From positions 2,894,235 through 2,958,234 of the forward strand of contig BFEA01000010.1 in NCBI GenBank assembly GCA_003427395.1: a DNA stretch of 64,000 nucleotides, in the 5' to 3' direction. The notes beneath the pieces are model-generated. The model saw only the letters and a program-made list of their open reading frames with translations, had not been told where the DNA came from and made no database searches. This stretch comes from Chara braunii (Eukaryota > Plantae > Charophyceae). Both the position numbers and the translations under genes were made by a program. Below are positions 12,871 through 25,565 of this stretch, in pieces (position 1 is the stretch's first letter; every line of letters starts with the position of its first letter).

Positions 12871-14141
12871 ACTAACTAACTATTATAAGAAGTTCGTCAA
12901 AAACTTCTCCTTTATAACTGCTCCTATAAGAAGATTACTGAAAAAGGAAAAGCTTTGGTTGTGGGACAAAGATTGTGAGTCATCGTTTAGAAAGTTGAAA
13001 CATACCTTGACTCACTACCCTGTCCTAAAGATTGCTGACCCTTCTCTTCGTTTCATTGTCACGACTGACGCAAGTCAGTATGGGATTGGGGTTGTGCTAC
13101 CGTAAGGGATATCCACCTATTGAGTTTATCTCGAGAAGACTTCCGTCAGAAAAAGTAGCTAACTCTACATATGAAAGGGAACTGTATGCCTTGGTAGTTG
13201 CACTAGATACCTGGAAGCACTACTTGTTAGGGAGACATTTCACTGTCTACTCTGATCATTCTATATCAAAGTGGATCGAAACTCAGCCCAAGCTCTCCGA
13301 CAAGTTGGTAAGGTGGTCCGCATTTCTTGACACATTTGACTTTGAGGTGAAAACCATCAAAGGTAAGTCTAACGTGGTTGCGGATGCTTTGTCTAGGCGT
13401 GCAGATTTCTTTGGAACTATTGTCTCCTATCTCGATATTGGAAATGAACTGAAAGAACAAATCCGCCAGGGTTATGGGAGAGATCCTATTTGGAGTCCTA
13501 TCATTGGAATACTACGAAAGAACCCTGAGTTGTTTTCAAAATATCGAATGATTGATGACTTACTCTTCTTGCTAGACAAAACCGAAGAACGATTGTGTAT
13601 TGCTCACTTAGAATCAATTAAGAGTTTGATCATTGGGGAATGCCATGATGTAGAAGGACAATTTGGTTTAAAGAAGACGTATGCCGATGTGCATGAACGT
13701 TTTCAGTGGAAAGGAATGAACGAAAGTGTACTAACGTATATGCGGACTTGTCTTGTCTGTCAAAGGAACAAACCCTCACATGAGAATCCGATGGGACTAT
13801 TGCGACCACTACCTATTCCAAGTGAGCCAGGTGCGTCTATCTCTATCGACTTTATGAGCCTCACTAAGAGTCGAAACGACAATAGTCAGGTAATGGTAAT
13901 CATTGATGGATTCTCTAAGTATGCTATGTCCATTCCTTTGCCTGCTGAAGCTAGAACCGAACTAGTCATCCAAAAGTTTCAAATGCGATGGGTCTCCCAG
14001 TATGGATTTCCCAAAACCATAGTATCAGATAGAGATGTTCGGTTCACCAATCTACAATGGCAAAAGTTCATGGAAGTCAATGGAACCAGGTTAACCATAT
14101 CGTCAGGTAGACATCCTGAAACTAATGGCCAAACTGAGCAA

Positions 14142-14233
14142 ATGAATCGTCTTTGTCAACAACTTTTGCGAATGTATGTTCGTCCAGATGAATCGTCTCT
14201 GTCAACAACTTTTGCGAATGTATGTCCGTCCAA
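14142..14233 (+). repeat. 46-bp tandem duplication frameshifting the integrase
   Basis: atgaatcgtct..gtatgt.cgtcca at 14142 and 14188. Confidence 0.92.
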
Positions 14234-14996
14234 ATCAGATTGACTGGGATGAGAACTTGCCTAAAATTGCCAGTGCATATAACAACAGTATACATATTGT
14301 CACAGGTACAACACCTAACGCACTGCATAAAGGATGGAAGCCTAGGCGTCCCATTGATGCATTAACGAGGGACCAGATTCAACGGCTACCCCTAGGGACG
14401 CGCGAATTCGCAGTTTTGTATGAAGAAGATATCAAGAAGGTGAAGGAGAACATACAGAAAACCAACTGCAAATGATTGAACAAGCTAATAAACATTCTCG
14501 TCCTTTCACAATTCCAAGAAGGGGACTTTGTCTAGGTTAAGTCGAAAGAGTGTTCCTTAGAAGAAAATTTGTCTCAAAAACTGCTACCTGTCTACTATGG
14601 ATCCTGGGAAGTTCTCAAAGTAATTGGAGGTGAAGATGCCGTATAGATATACCTCCACATCTCATGACATACCCTCTCTTCCATGCGTCTAAGCTGCTAC
14701 CTTATGTAGAAAGTGACGATTTTCCAAATAGGTCATCTATGATTCCACCTCCTATGAATGGAGGCTACCAAGTTGAGAAAATATTGGAACATGGCTATTT
14801 CTCTACAGGTGGCACAAGACGACCTGAGAAGCAGTACAACGTAAAGTTCAAGTCCCAACCCTCATCTGAAGCCAGATGGTTTAGTAGTAAGGAACTACTA
14901 CCCACTGCCCCTGATATTATTGTTGCATATGAACGTGGGTTAACAAAGAATTAATGAATTTTCTGCTATGGGACTCGAAAACCGGGTCGGCAGGAA

Positions 14997-15628
14997 TGCA
15001 ATAACCCATGCCATATGTCTCATGGAGCTGAGGGTCATTAGAGGGCCGACTTGACCGCCCTCAACCCAGGCCGAACAAGGGCAGAAAAGGCCCTTCACGA
15101 ATTCAGGGTCTGGGCATGTCAACTGTCGGTCCACCCAACGGTCAAAGTCCAAAGGTACCTAGCCCAGGCCACAGGTCAAGAACACACACTTGTTTGTATG
15201 CAGGTACCCAGATCGCATCAGGTCCAAGGCAGAAGTTCGTAATTGTACAATCCGGGCCTTCAACTGTGAGTCAATCTGCACAACTGAAGGGAAAAGCACC
15301 GAGGCCAGACAACCTCGCTTATTGCTACTTAAGGCTGGCCTCGAGAGAGTCAAGGCATCCAGTCTTGCTATGCTGCTTTGACGTTGGCTTCATGCTGGCT
15401 GTGCACAAGCGTTGCGGACGACGGCACGAGGTGGAGGCAGCATGCCGGCACTTCTTCAGTGCGTCATGCCATGCTGATGTGGCGCTGCCTCTGGTCTACG
15501 TGGCATGCTGATGTGGCGCTGCCTTTGGTATATCTGGCGCTGCCTCTGGTCTACGTGGCATGTTGATGTGGCGCTGCCTCTGGTATGTGTGGCGATGCTA
15601 TGGAATACGTGGCATACTGATGTAGCGT
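14997..15628 (+). repeat. element A 3' LTR, left fragment
   Basis: repeat of 7357 to ~8023; broken by element B. Confidence 0.93.
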
Positions 15629-16829
15629 TGTCGGCCAGCTCCCTCCTTCGATCACCACCGGTTGCTGCTGGTCCCACTCCCTTTTAACGGCGCCTCCCGT
15701 GATGGCAACTGCCTGTCTTCATTCCGTTCTCTAGCGGCTTTCGGCCCTCTGGTTGGCTCCAAGGGAGCCGGTTCTCGAAGGGGTACTCGCTAAAAACCAG
15801 CTTTTCCCAGTGCGCCCCGACAGAACGACGGAACTGCGATTCGCAAAAGAAGGAGACTCCGACCGAACTCAGTTTTCCGAAGAGAATGACAGAACTACGA
15901 CCTTGCAAAAGAAAGTGGACCTGGACTGAAATCAATTTTCCCAAGTGGGCTCAACAGAACTGCGAGTTCGCAAGAGAAGTAGGCCCAGACTGAACTCAGT
16001 TTTCCCAAATGGACCCTAAGAGAACAACAGAAGCGCAGCTTTTGCAAAAGAATTGTACTCCGACCGGAAACAATTTTTTTTTGACCCTAAGAAAACAACA
16101 GAACCGTGATTTCGCGAAAGAAGTGGACCGGACCGAAATCGGCTTTTCCAAATGGACCCGGAAGAGAACAACAAAACTTAGATTTCGTAAAAGCCGTAAG
16201 GGTCGCCAACAGGGTTTCGATCGGGGCTCAGAAGTTCGTTGCAAATGTAACGCCNNNNNNNNNNNNNNNNNNNNNNNNNNNNNNNNNNNNNNNNNNNNNN
16301 NNNNNNNNNNNNNNNNNNNNNNNNNNNNNNNNNNNNNNNNNNNNNNNNNNNNNNNNNNNNNNNNNNNNNNNNNNNNNNNNNNNNNNNNNNNNNNNNNNNN
16401 NNNNNNNNNNNNNNNNNNNNNNNNNNNNNNNNNNNNNNNNNNNNNNNNNNNNNNNNNNNNNNNNNNNNNNNNNNNNNNNNNNNNNNNNNNNNNNNNNNNN
16501 NNNNNNCTCTCTCCCCCTCTCTCTCTCTCGCCCTCTCTCGCCCTCTCTCTCTCTCTCTCTCTCTCTCTCCCCCTCTCTACTATACACACCGAACTCTTTG
16601 ATAAGTACAAATTCAAAATCTTGACCTTCCGGCTTCAAACCTGCCCCCCCGAAGAAGCCGCGACTCGCCTTAATTCGCGCGCCCGTTCCCCTATCAGCCC
16701 AAGCGCACAGCCCGAACGAGCAGCGAACGGCCCGGAGATGGGCGATTTTCCTTGGAACCTCGACCCGCCGTGCCTTGCACGAGACTGCGCGACTACCGCG
16801 CTGCTGGAGTCGGAGGTCGAAGCAACTAT

Positions 16830-16905
<76 letters not shown>

Positions 16906-17250
16906 CGAGTCGCTCCGCCCTTCCTTCTTCCTCTCTCTCCCTTTCTTCGACTTATACGTAGTCCCCTCTGTCCGTCCTCCCTTGATTTCGGGCAGCGTCG
17001 CCAGCCGACGCCCCTCCTTACCTTAGCTCGAGCCTTCGAACTCCGGGGGTCCGTCGCCTGTCGGAACGCGGAGGTTTGCCCCTCGCTCCTCTTCTGGGGA
17101 GATGGTCGTTCACTTGCTCGTGCACTGTCCAGTGTCCCTTGTGCGCTGTCCAGTGTCCCTTGTGCGCCTCTCTCTCTCAGTCGGCCCAGCCGCTACCTGT
17201 GATCGTTCTTCGGAGCCATACCCCCCCCCCTTCACGACGCGAGTACTTGA

Positions 17251-17287
<37 letters not shown>

Positions 17288-18666
17288 ATGCTCGTTGATG
17301 CGGAGACACGAACGCCTTCTCCCACCTGCTCGCGGTTTCACTCCCTATCTCACGCGATGGTGGCCCTAGCGTTCTGCCCCTCCCTCTCTCTCTCCCTCAC
17401 TCTCCCTCTAATACGCTGGCCGAGCTCGTCTGCGGCGCATACGTCCTCGTGCGCCTCTCCCTCTTCCTCGTAGTTTGTTCTCCCGCCTCGCGCGTCGACT
17501 GCCCGTAAGTGAGCACTTTACGCCTTCCTATCTCCCTCCCTCACTCTCTCTAGTGCGCTGATCGCACGCGGCCGCGGCCGCGAGTCCTCGAGCGCCCCGA
17601 ACGCACGCGCGTTCCGTTCGATTTTCTCTCTCCCCCTCCCCCTCTTTTCCCTCTTCCTTATATGCCGGTTGCTTCCCCGAGTTCTCTTCTTCCCGATCCT
17701 CGTCCTCACGTTACGCCCCCGCCTGTCGGCGCTATTCTCCAAATTTCTGAATTTTTCGCTCTTTCCCGCCATATTCTTCTCTTCCCACCTCGCAATCCAT
17801 CGCCTGTCTATTCTAGCCAATAGCAGCTCGTGTCCACTCCTCTCCTTGGATTTCCACCACGCGAGGCCGCGCAGGAAGGACTCGCGATCGCGCGTTCCAG
17901 TTCCCGCCGCTTGCCTCGTCTCCATCGACGGACTCACACACTAACAGCTCCCCCTCTCTTGCGGCTGACAGTTATCAAGAACCCGTCTCGCGCTCTTTCC
18001 CGGGGTAACCGTTTATGCGAAGTCTCCTTCCCCCTTCCCGCGTTCGTATTCTTGTTCTTTCCCACATTCTTCTCCCCCTCCCTCTGTGTGTTATCTCGCC
18101 ATCCCATCGCCAGTTAAGCCTGGCACTTGGTCGGCTTCGCCACCTACCCCCTTTTTCCTCATTATGCAGCCTGCGGCCCGTCCCTATCTGGAGCAACGAA
18201 GTCGATAACCCTTCTCCCTGAGGCGCCCTCCGCCAACCCAACATCCTTGGATTTCACACCTTTCGTATATGGCGGTCCCTCAACCGGCTCAATTGCCTCC
18301 CCGCGTTCCGTCAGGACAACCCCGCAGCTGCATGCAGCCAAAATAAGTGGGCCCATCTCCGCACCCAGTTTCTTCTCGGTTTCCCCCTTGATCTTATGTC
18401 GGCCGCCTTCCCCCCTATTCTTCTCACGCCACGCCGGACTCCCATATTTTAGTCTGCTTCCGACATCGTTTACGACCTTGCGTTGATTGTCTTCATCACT
18501 GCTTGCTTAACGTTAGTGGAAGTCAAAAGGAACCCCAAGGTTTCCCCAAACCCCTCAGGTCTCACGCATCCACGCATCCAGTCATGCAAGAACAAAAGAA
18601 ACATGTCCAAAAAAAAATTGAGTTTAGCAAGAAGAGCGTAATCGGCTGGTAGGCAGCCGCCCGACA
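15629..18666 (-). repeat. element B 3' LTR (~3.0 kb including a gap)
   Basis: direct repeat of 32343-35922 (about 94-95% identical in a 110-nt sample); contains ~65-bp tandem units and (CT)n tracts. Confidence 0.95.
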
Positions 18667-18681
18667 ACCAGCCCACACCCC
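18667..18681 (-). promoter_or_regulatory. polypurine-tract position of element B
   Basis: G-rich GGGGTGTGGGCTGGT immediately before the 3' LTR TG. Confidence 0.6.
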
Positions 18682-19002
18682 GAATCTCGTCGTCCCCGAT
18701 GAGTGCCTCAGTAGCCCCTTTTCCCAACCCTTCTCTTATACCCCGTGCTCCCTTTTCCTTTCCCCAGGCACACTTGTCTTTCTTTCCCATCTTCACGGTT
18801 TTTTTCATCACCGCCTTTATCGGATTACGTTCCCCCTGCTTTCCCCCACCCTACCCCGAAACTATGATACCCGTCTTAACTTGACGGTTTTTAGACGGCA
18901 TTGCATAATTATGGTACAGTCCCCCCTTAGTTTTCCTTCTTTGGAATTATGATACATGTTTTTCCTAGCTATGGTACAGTTCCTCTTTTCCCTTAAGGAA
19001 TT

Positions 19003-19284
19003 CTACACTCGTCTCCGCCTCCTCATTCTCTTCTCTCGCCTCTCTCTCTTTCGTTTCTTCTCTTCCCTCTCGCGTTTGGATCTTAAGGTCTTCCTCGAGG
19101 TGCTTCTTCTTTCTCTCAACCTGCGTTTTCCTAGCTGGTCGGTATCACTGTCGTCGTCCCTTGGCCTCTTCTTTTTCCTAGGCGTCTTGGGCAGGGAAGG
19201 TATCCGAACCTTATACCTCTTCTTGAGCGGTCGTGAAGAGGCCCCTAGTTCCGACGTCTCTCTTTTTTCGTAGGCAATGGTCAT
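19003..19284 (-). CDS. small, highly basic (Arg/Lys) ORF downstream of integrase; function unknown
   Basis: 93-aa ORF PKTPRKKKRPR...KREREEKKRKRERREKRMRRRRRV; may be a detached integrase tail. Confidence 0.35.
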   Translation of the reverse strand: MTIAYEKRETSELGASSRPLKKRYKVRIPSLPKTPRKKKRPRDDDSDTDQLGKRRLRERRSTSRKTLRSKREREEKKRKRERREKRMRRRRRV

Positions 19285-19329
19285 CTCTATGTCAACTGCC
19301 TCCTTCCCTTTTCTTTTCGGTTCTTCTCT

Positions 19330-22300
19330 AGGGGTCCCCCTCGATCGGAAAGTTTGAGGCGAGCCCCCGTGATAGGGTCTCGTAACCTGGTCCCGTCTAA
19401 TTCGACAGGGAGATACGCTCCCCTATCCAATCTTTTTAGGACGGTACGGCCCCATCCACCGGTTGGCTAGCTTCCGGCTCCACGTCTTCTCTAGCGACGA
19501 GTCGTACATCAGGACGAGGTCACTAGTCCCTATCGGCTTTTGTCGGACCCGCAAATTCTTGTCCCACCTTTCCTTTCCTTTCGTCCTCTCTTTCTCGATG
19601 TTTCTCCCCGCCTCGGTAAGTCCGGAGTCTAGGTTTTCGGCTATTTGTCGTATCCTCGCCTCTAACAACTCCCCCCTTGTCATGTTGGTCTTCCACGTGA
19701 CACTTGTCGACGTGGAATTTGATGGGCAGGGGGCAGTGCCTACCGAACCAAAGGGCGTAGGGGGGATACCCCGTACTTGATTTGACTGTGATGTTGTCGG
19801 CCCAAACCGCATAGCGCAAATACTTTGGCCATTGTTCCTCACGCCCCTTGCACCACTTGGCTAAGGCATCTACAAGCGTCTGGTGACCTCTTTCGACTGG
19901 GGCGTTGCTTTGGGGGTGATATGCGGTTGTGTAGGCCGCCCTAATCCCTGCCTTTTCTAATATCGCTTTGACCTTTTGGCTTGAGAACTCGGACCCCCTT
20001 ATCCATGACTATCTTCCCGACACACCCGTACCTGGCGATGTATTCTAGGAGAAAGTCACTCACCTCCTCGGCCGTCTTCCTCTTAATGGCCTTAGCTTCT
20101 ACGAATCCAGCGAGGTCATCGCGGGCATTGATTATGTACCAAAGTCCACCGACTCCCTTGGGCATGGTCACCAAGTCCACATGGATCTTCTCGCCCGGCA
20201 CTGTGGGGAGCGATGGAACTAGGGGTTCATTATAGCGAACAATCGCCCTCTTTTGGCAAGCTTCACAGGTCGAACAATATTTTTCCACCTCCCCGTATTG
20301 TCCGTCCCACCAGTAAAGTCGTAGAACCTTATCAAACGTCCCTTTTACCCCCCGGTGACCGCCGACGACCCCATCGTGTAATTCTTCTATGACTGCCTTC
20401 TTTTCTTCCGGGTCGCAAAGGACCCTCATGGGAATTGCGAACTTCGTGGGCCTCTTAAAGAGGTGGCCTCCTCGTAAGGATTACCCGAGTGCCTCCCTTT
20501 TGACTACTTCGGTGCCTTCTTCCCGACCCGCCAGGTATAATCCTATATCTCGATATTTCCCGTTGTGAAGGTTAGCGAGGACCATCCTAGGGCCTTCGCC
20601 TTCTCCTCGGATGGTCACCGCTACTTGCGCTTTGTTAGCGGCGACTTGGATCATCTCGGCCTTGGACATTGCTAGCCTAGCTTCCTCTAATCGGGGATAA
20701 TCCTCTTCTCTGATTGGGAATCGGGACAACCCGTCGGCGACCTGATTTTTGGCCCCAGAGATCCTCTTGACTCTAAAATAGTAGAGCCTAATGTGGATCA
20801 TCCACCTAGCGATAGTCGGGTCGGTTAGCGAGAAGTCCTTTTGAAGGACAGCTGCCACCGCGGTTGGGTCCACTCTTAGGAGGAACCGCCTCCCGTAGAT
20901 GTAGTGGCGGAAGGTCTTTAGGCAGTGCAACACCCCTAGCACCTCTTTCTTGAATTGGTTGTAGTTCCTCTCGGCGGGATTTAAGGCTCGACTCTCAAAA
21001 CGCAGGGGTCTTTCTTTCCCGTCTCCATCCCTTTGCGACTGAAGCCCCCCTATGGAGTATGGCCCCGCATCTATAGATACTATAAACAGGCGGTTCTCCT
21101 CGTCCTCGAAGAACAGAACGCCTAGGACTTGCCCCCCCTCTCGGAATTCGTCCTTAAGGGTTTCCATGGCCGCGGCCTGCTCTTCTCCCCAGACCCATCC
21201 TTCAACTTTCCTAAGCAGCCGCCTTAGTGGCTCCGCCTTCTCGTTGTAGCCTTCTATAAAGATCCTCCAGTAGCCTACCACCCCTAAAAACTGCCTAACC
21301 TCCGTGATGGACTTTAGCGACGACGGCCAGGTCATCAATTTTTCTATTTTTTCAGGATCGGGCCTCCGTCCATCCTTGTCACAGATGAAGCCCAATATCT
21401 TGATTGACGATACTCCCCATCGACTCTTCGCTCCACTTACCGTGATGGACTTTACCGGCGACGACCAGGTCATCAATTTTTCGAATTTCTCGGGATCGGG
21501 CCTCCGCCCATCCTTGTCGCATATGAAGCCCAATATCTTGATTGACGATAATCGCCAGTGACTCTTCGTTCCACTTACAGTAAGGTTGGCGTCATCTAAT
21601 TTCGTGAGGACCTCCCTTACATCTACCATGTGATCCACCACAAACTTCCTTACTCCGGGGAAGACCTCCATCTCATCTTTTTGGACTGACCCTTTTATCG
21701 GGAAGTCGTCAAGGAAGACCTCTACCTTATCCGATATGAATTCCTTGAGGACTGCGATCATGGCTCTTTGGAATACCACCACCCTGTTTGTCCATCCCAT
21801 AGGCACTACCATCATTTGAACCAGCCCTAGAGGCGTGTGCATCGCTGTCATGTGTCTATCACATTAGTCTAAGGGGATTTCGTCATAGCCCGAGAAGAAG
21901 TCGCAGATCGAGTAAATCGAGCGACCCGCCGATCCTTCTGCGAGTAAATCCGCCTCAGGTATAGACCCCACATCTCATATGGTGACTGCATTGGTCTTTT
22001 GGAGATTTTGGATCCACCTCAATTTGTTGCTATCCCCTTTCCTCAGAAAGAACCATTTGTTGGAATAGACACTCTCACAAGGCTCCGCGACAAACGTCCT
22101 TATCTTCTCTTTGATGAAGGCCACTATCTCTTCCTTCTCTTTTTGCACATACTTCCACGGTGGTCTATCTTTCCAAGGAACGTGAGGGACCGTATGGATC
22201 CAGGCGGGCTTAGCGTACCTTGGGTCTATCCTTTCTCTTTCCGAATCATCGAAGGCTATGGCCTTATCGCAATCCCTTAGGGTCATAGCCACATATCCCT

Positions 22301-23773
22301 TCTCTTGTTTCGTTAGGTTTCCATCCCCTATGTTCATTTTTGCTAGCCTATCAGCTGTAATTCTTTGCCCTTCGGTCTCCTTCCGCTTCCGGATAATATC
22401 GGTTATCTCCTCCTCCGATATCGAAGCTTCCCCCATTCTATCCCGACTGACCGCGGCGGGTTTCACTTTTTCCGCTACGGTTTTATGCTTCTTACCTCTG
22501 CCAGCTAGAGGGATTCCCCGCAAAAAGACAGCCTTATGCACCCGCCGAATTCCTCGTCTTCATCCTCCTTTTCATATCCGACCCCATCGATGATTATCCC
22601 GTCGCCAATCTCCTCGACTTCTACCCGTTCCCCTGGGGGTTCCTTCTCGGCGAAGGGGGACTCTTCTAGTCAGACCCGACAAACTCGTGACTGGGCTTCT
22701 CTCCTCCTTGGCACACTCGTGCGATTCCTCTCATCTTGAGCATCCACCGTCCTTAGGACCACTCGAATTTCATCCAGATTTTGGATCGAGAGGGTCTGGC
22801 TTCCGTCTGGAAGATCGACCGTAGTAGCATGGACCACGCTTAGCCAAGTTCGCCCGAGGATCAACTCGGAGGAACATTCTTTCACTGAGAATATTGGGAT
22901 GGTCGCTTCTACGCCAACGACCTCGATCATAGGGTTGTGACACACCCCTTCCACTGGTTGGAGCTTGTTGTCCGCAACTACCATGGACATCGACACTCCT
23001 CTATCGACTTCTAACCCTAACTCCCTTGCAATGAAGTCTCGACATACGGTAGATTCGAACCCATTGTCCACTAGGGCTCTCATTTTTTTTCCACTCACCA
23101 CGGCTTGGAGTTGGCCGCTCCCTAATACATAGAATTTCTTGACCTCTTCCTCCGAGAAGAAACTCATCGGCAGTTCTTCCATCGCGATCCGAGAGGACTG
23201 CACCTCTTCCTTGGCGGGTCCATCCCCAGGAACGGTTGACCCTTCTGCGAGCAGAATTCTCACCTTCTTAGTGATGCACAGGAGCTCGTCTCTAGCACTC
23301 TTGCTTGCTGCTAAGTATTCAAGAAGAGTGCATTGCATTGGCTGCATTAGAGTCCTCCGTAGGGGTGCAATCGTATCTATCTCGTCCAAGGTGCACTTCA
23401 TCTTGAACTTCTTTGGTCCTTTCTTTCTAGGTGATTTAGGCGACGTGGGCTCTTCCCCGTTCCTCTCCTCCACGACTTTGGCGTCGACCATCGGTTGGTC
23501 GTCGTCACCACTCCTCCCTCCATCTACCGTTGCAATTTCCTTGCTCTTAGACGGCCCGGCCCCAACTTGGGTCCTTACTCTTAGGCACGGTCCCTCTTCT
23601 TCAGGCTTGGTCTCAACGAATTTGATGCTAGACACCTGCGGCTCCCTTATGGACACGCCTCCTGGAGCCTCCGTCATTTGGACGCGGGAGGAGCTGGAGG
23701 TCCCACCGACCTCAGGCTTCTTTCCCAGTCTTGCCTCTCGTAGGGCAACCCTTTTGTCCACATTTATATTCAT
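19330..23773 (-). pseudogene. element B pol: aspartic protease, RT, RNase H, integrase; stops and frameshifts
   Basis: ALVDNG..LILGRTW (protease); LRWIQNLQKTNAVTI, PMGWTN, FLDDF (RT); IDAGPYSIGG, VADGLSR (RH); HDGVVGGHRG..CEACQ, IHVDLV (INT); no chromodomain seen. Confidence 0.93.
21303..21578 (-). repeat. in-frame 138-bp (46-aa) tandem duplication in RT
   Basis: two copies of TVSGxKSxWxxSSIKILGFICDKDGRRPDPEKxEKLMTW; 15 differences in 138 nt by manual count. Confidence 0.95.
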
Positions 23774-23779
23774 CGAGGG

Positions 23780-25547
23780 TTAGACGGAGACCGCTTCTCC
23801 ATCATCCCCCCATACGACCCACTTATTTTCATTTAACTTCACCACCCCTAACCTTAGGGCCTCTGTGAGGTGAGGACACTCCCGCTTCACATGATTATCT
23901 TCATTGCAATAGACACACCCGCTTTGAGGCGGCGGATTGTTAAAGCGAGGGGCCACTTGAGGTGCCACCCCCATAGTCGTTGAAGGACCGGGTGGCTGCG
24001 AAGCTCTAGCCTGACTTACCTCGGGACGAGTCCCCGTGGCTCTAGGTTGCGGAGGGTCTCCCCACCTCCCATCTCTAGCATCTTTCCAATGGGAATTCCC
24101 CCAGTCAGATCCTCGATTGCCCCCAACTTCCCGGTCATTTCTCCAATTCCCTTGGTTTCCGGACTCGTTCCGCCAACTTGCGGGCCCCCCTCCCCAGTGT
24201 TGGCAGGGAGGCCCAGGTGGCGGCCTATCGTTCCCGCGAGGACCATCGTTCCGTTGGATACGCATGCTTCGGAGTGCCATGTTCAGACTCTCCTTCATAT
24301 ACTCCCGTACGTCGACTCCCCCCCCCCCGTAAAGACCACTTCAGCGACTCTTTCGAAATTTGTCGAGTCTCTAGGGGCCCTCTCGAGAACCTCTTTCCTC
24401 TTCTCTTCCGGCAGGTGCAGCATAAACATTACATACCTATCCACTTCCGAGAGCATCCCCCTATCCACCAAAGCTTGCGACAAGCGTTTTAACCATTAAG
24501 CGAAGGCTACCAGGCTTTCTTGTTCTCCTCTTGAGACCGGCGCAACCCTTCTAACGTAGGGATCAAGTCGTCGCAGGCGAAGGTCCGCAACAAGCTGCTC
24601 TTGAAGGTCTTCCACCTCCCATCCACCGGGTATATTGCCCTAATGGCCTGGTTTAGTTCAAGATCCGAATGTTGTATAAAATGGTTGATCCATTCCTTCT
24701 TCGATAATTTCTTCCGGAAGGCGTAGCTTTCCCATTTCTCGACGAACCCGATCACGTCCCTCCCGTTAAAGTAGAGCGTCTCAAGTCCTAGGTTCACATC
24801 GTAGTAGGGGACTCGTCGGTCGTCATACCGACAGAAGTAGGGACCTTCCGTCGGCCCAACTATCACTGGGTCATAGGGTTTGTACCAAGCGGGGTCTAGA
24901 TCCTCCATCCATGGCCGAGCCCTCGGAGGTCCCCACAGTTCCTCCTCACGGCGGCCTCTCTCACACGGGTCCTTTTGCTCCCAGCGTTTAGGTTCTTGGA
25001 CTCTAAACCCTCTCCAGGCATCTCCAAGTCCTCTCGCACTCCTCCTCGTCATCTCTTTCGGCGCCCATGCAGGGTCTATCTCTCGCCCGACCCACCTCCG
25101 TGGTCCTCCCAACGTCTCCACAGGTCGCTCCTCCCCCAACTCTCTCCTTCTTAAGCTCCCTTTTTCACCCCTCTTGGGCGCCCAACTCCCCAACCTTTCA
25201 CGCGAAAAATCTTGGCCTTCTCCGGTCCTTTCTCCCATATCTACTCGATCTGCCCATCGGGTCTCGACAGGGAAGCCCGTAGAGGTTTCCATTGCCCTTT
25301 CTCTAGCGGATACCCGCGGCTCGACCTCCCTATTCGGACACACCTCGATGCTCGCTCTCTCTCCTACAGCAGATTTTCTCTCGCCGAGAGAAGGTTCCAG
25401 GCTTCTCTCAGCCCTACCTATCTCCTCCATTCTTTCGGTTGTCTCCTCGGTCACCTCACTTAATCTAGCCCCTAAAACGACATCTTTCTCGATCTGTCCC
25501 ATGGTCTCAGGTGGTCTAGAAATCCCGGGCTCCACTTCACTCTCCAT
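23780..25547 (-). pseudogene. element B gag (capsid plus CCHC knuckle), frameshifted
   Basis: FNGRDVIGFVEKWESY..WKTFKSSLL capsid-like block; CVYCNEDNHVKREC knuckle; directly upstream of and in frame with the protease ORF. Confidence 0.85.
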
Positions 25548-25565
25548 GCACCCTATTGCTTCTTT

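Larger units (their letters stand above)
11400..14954 (+). pseudogene. element A pol: protease, RT, RNase H, integrase, chromodomain; frameshifted
   Basis: FDIILGMDW; [35 protein letters not shown]; TDASQYGIG, YERELYA; ECHD/CLVCQRNK, SIDFM, SDRDVRF; YQVEKILEH..QYNVKFK..ARW. Confidence 0.93.

Noticed and set aside
15790-16200. CRISPR-like periodicity
   Set aside because: Units are degenerate along their full length with no unique spacers, the context is a eukaryotic LTR, and no cas genes are present
15996-17473. Long ORFs of 130-400 aa
   Set aside because: Artefacts of N gaps and (CT)n tracts inside an LTR; the same applies to 32855-33808, 51391-52444 and the gap-spanning parts of 61541-63674
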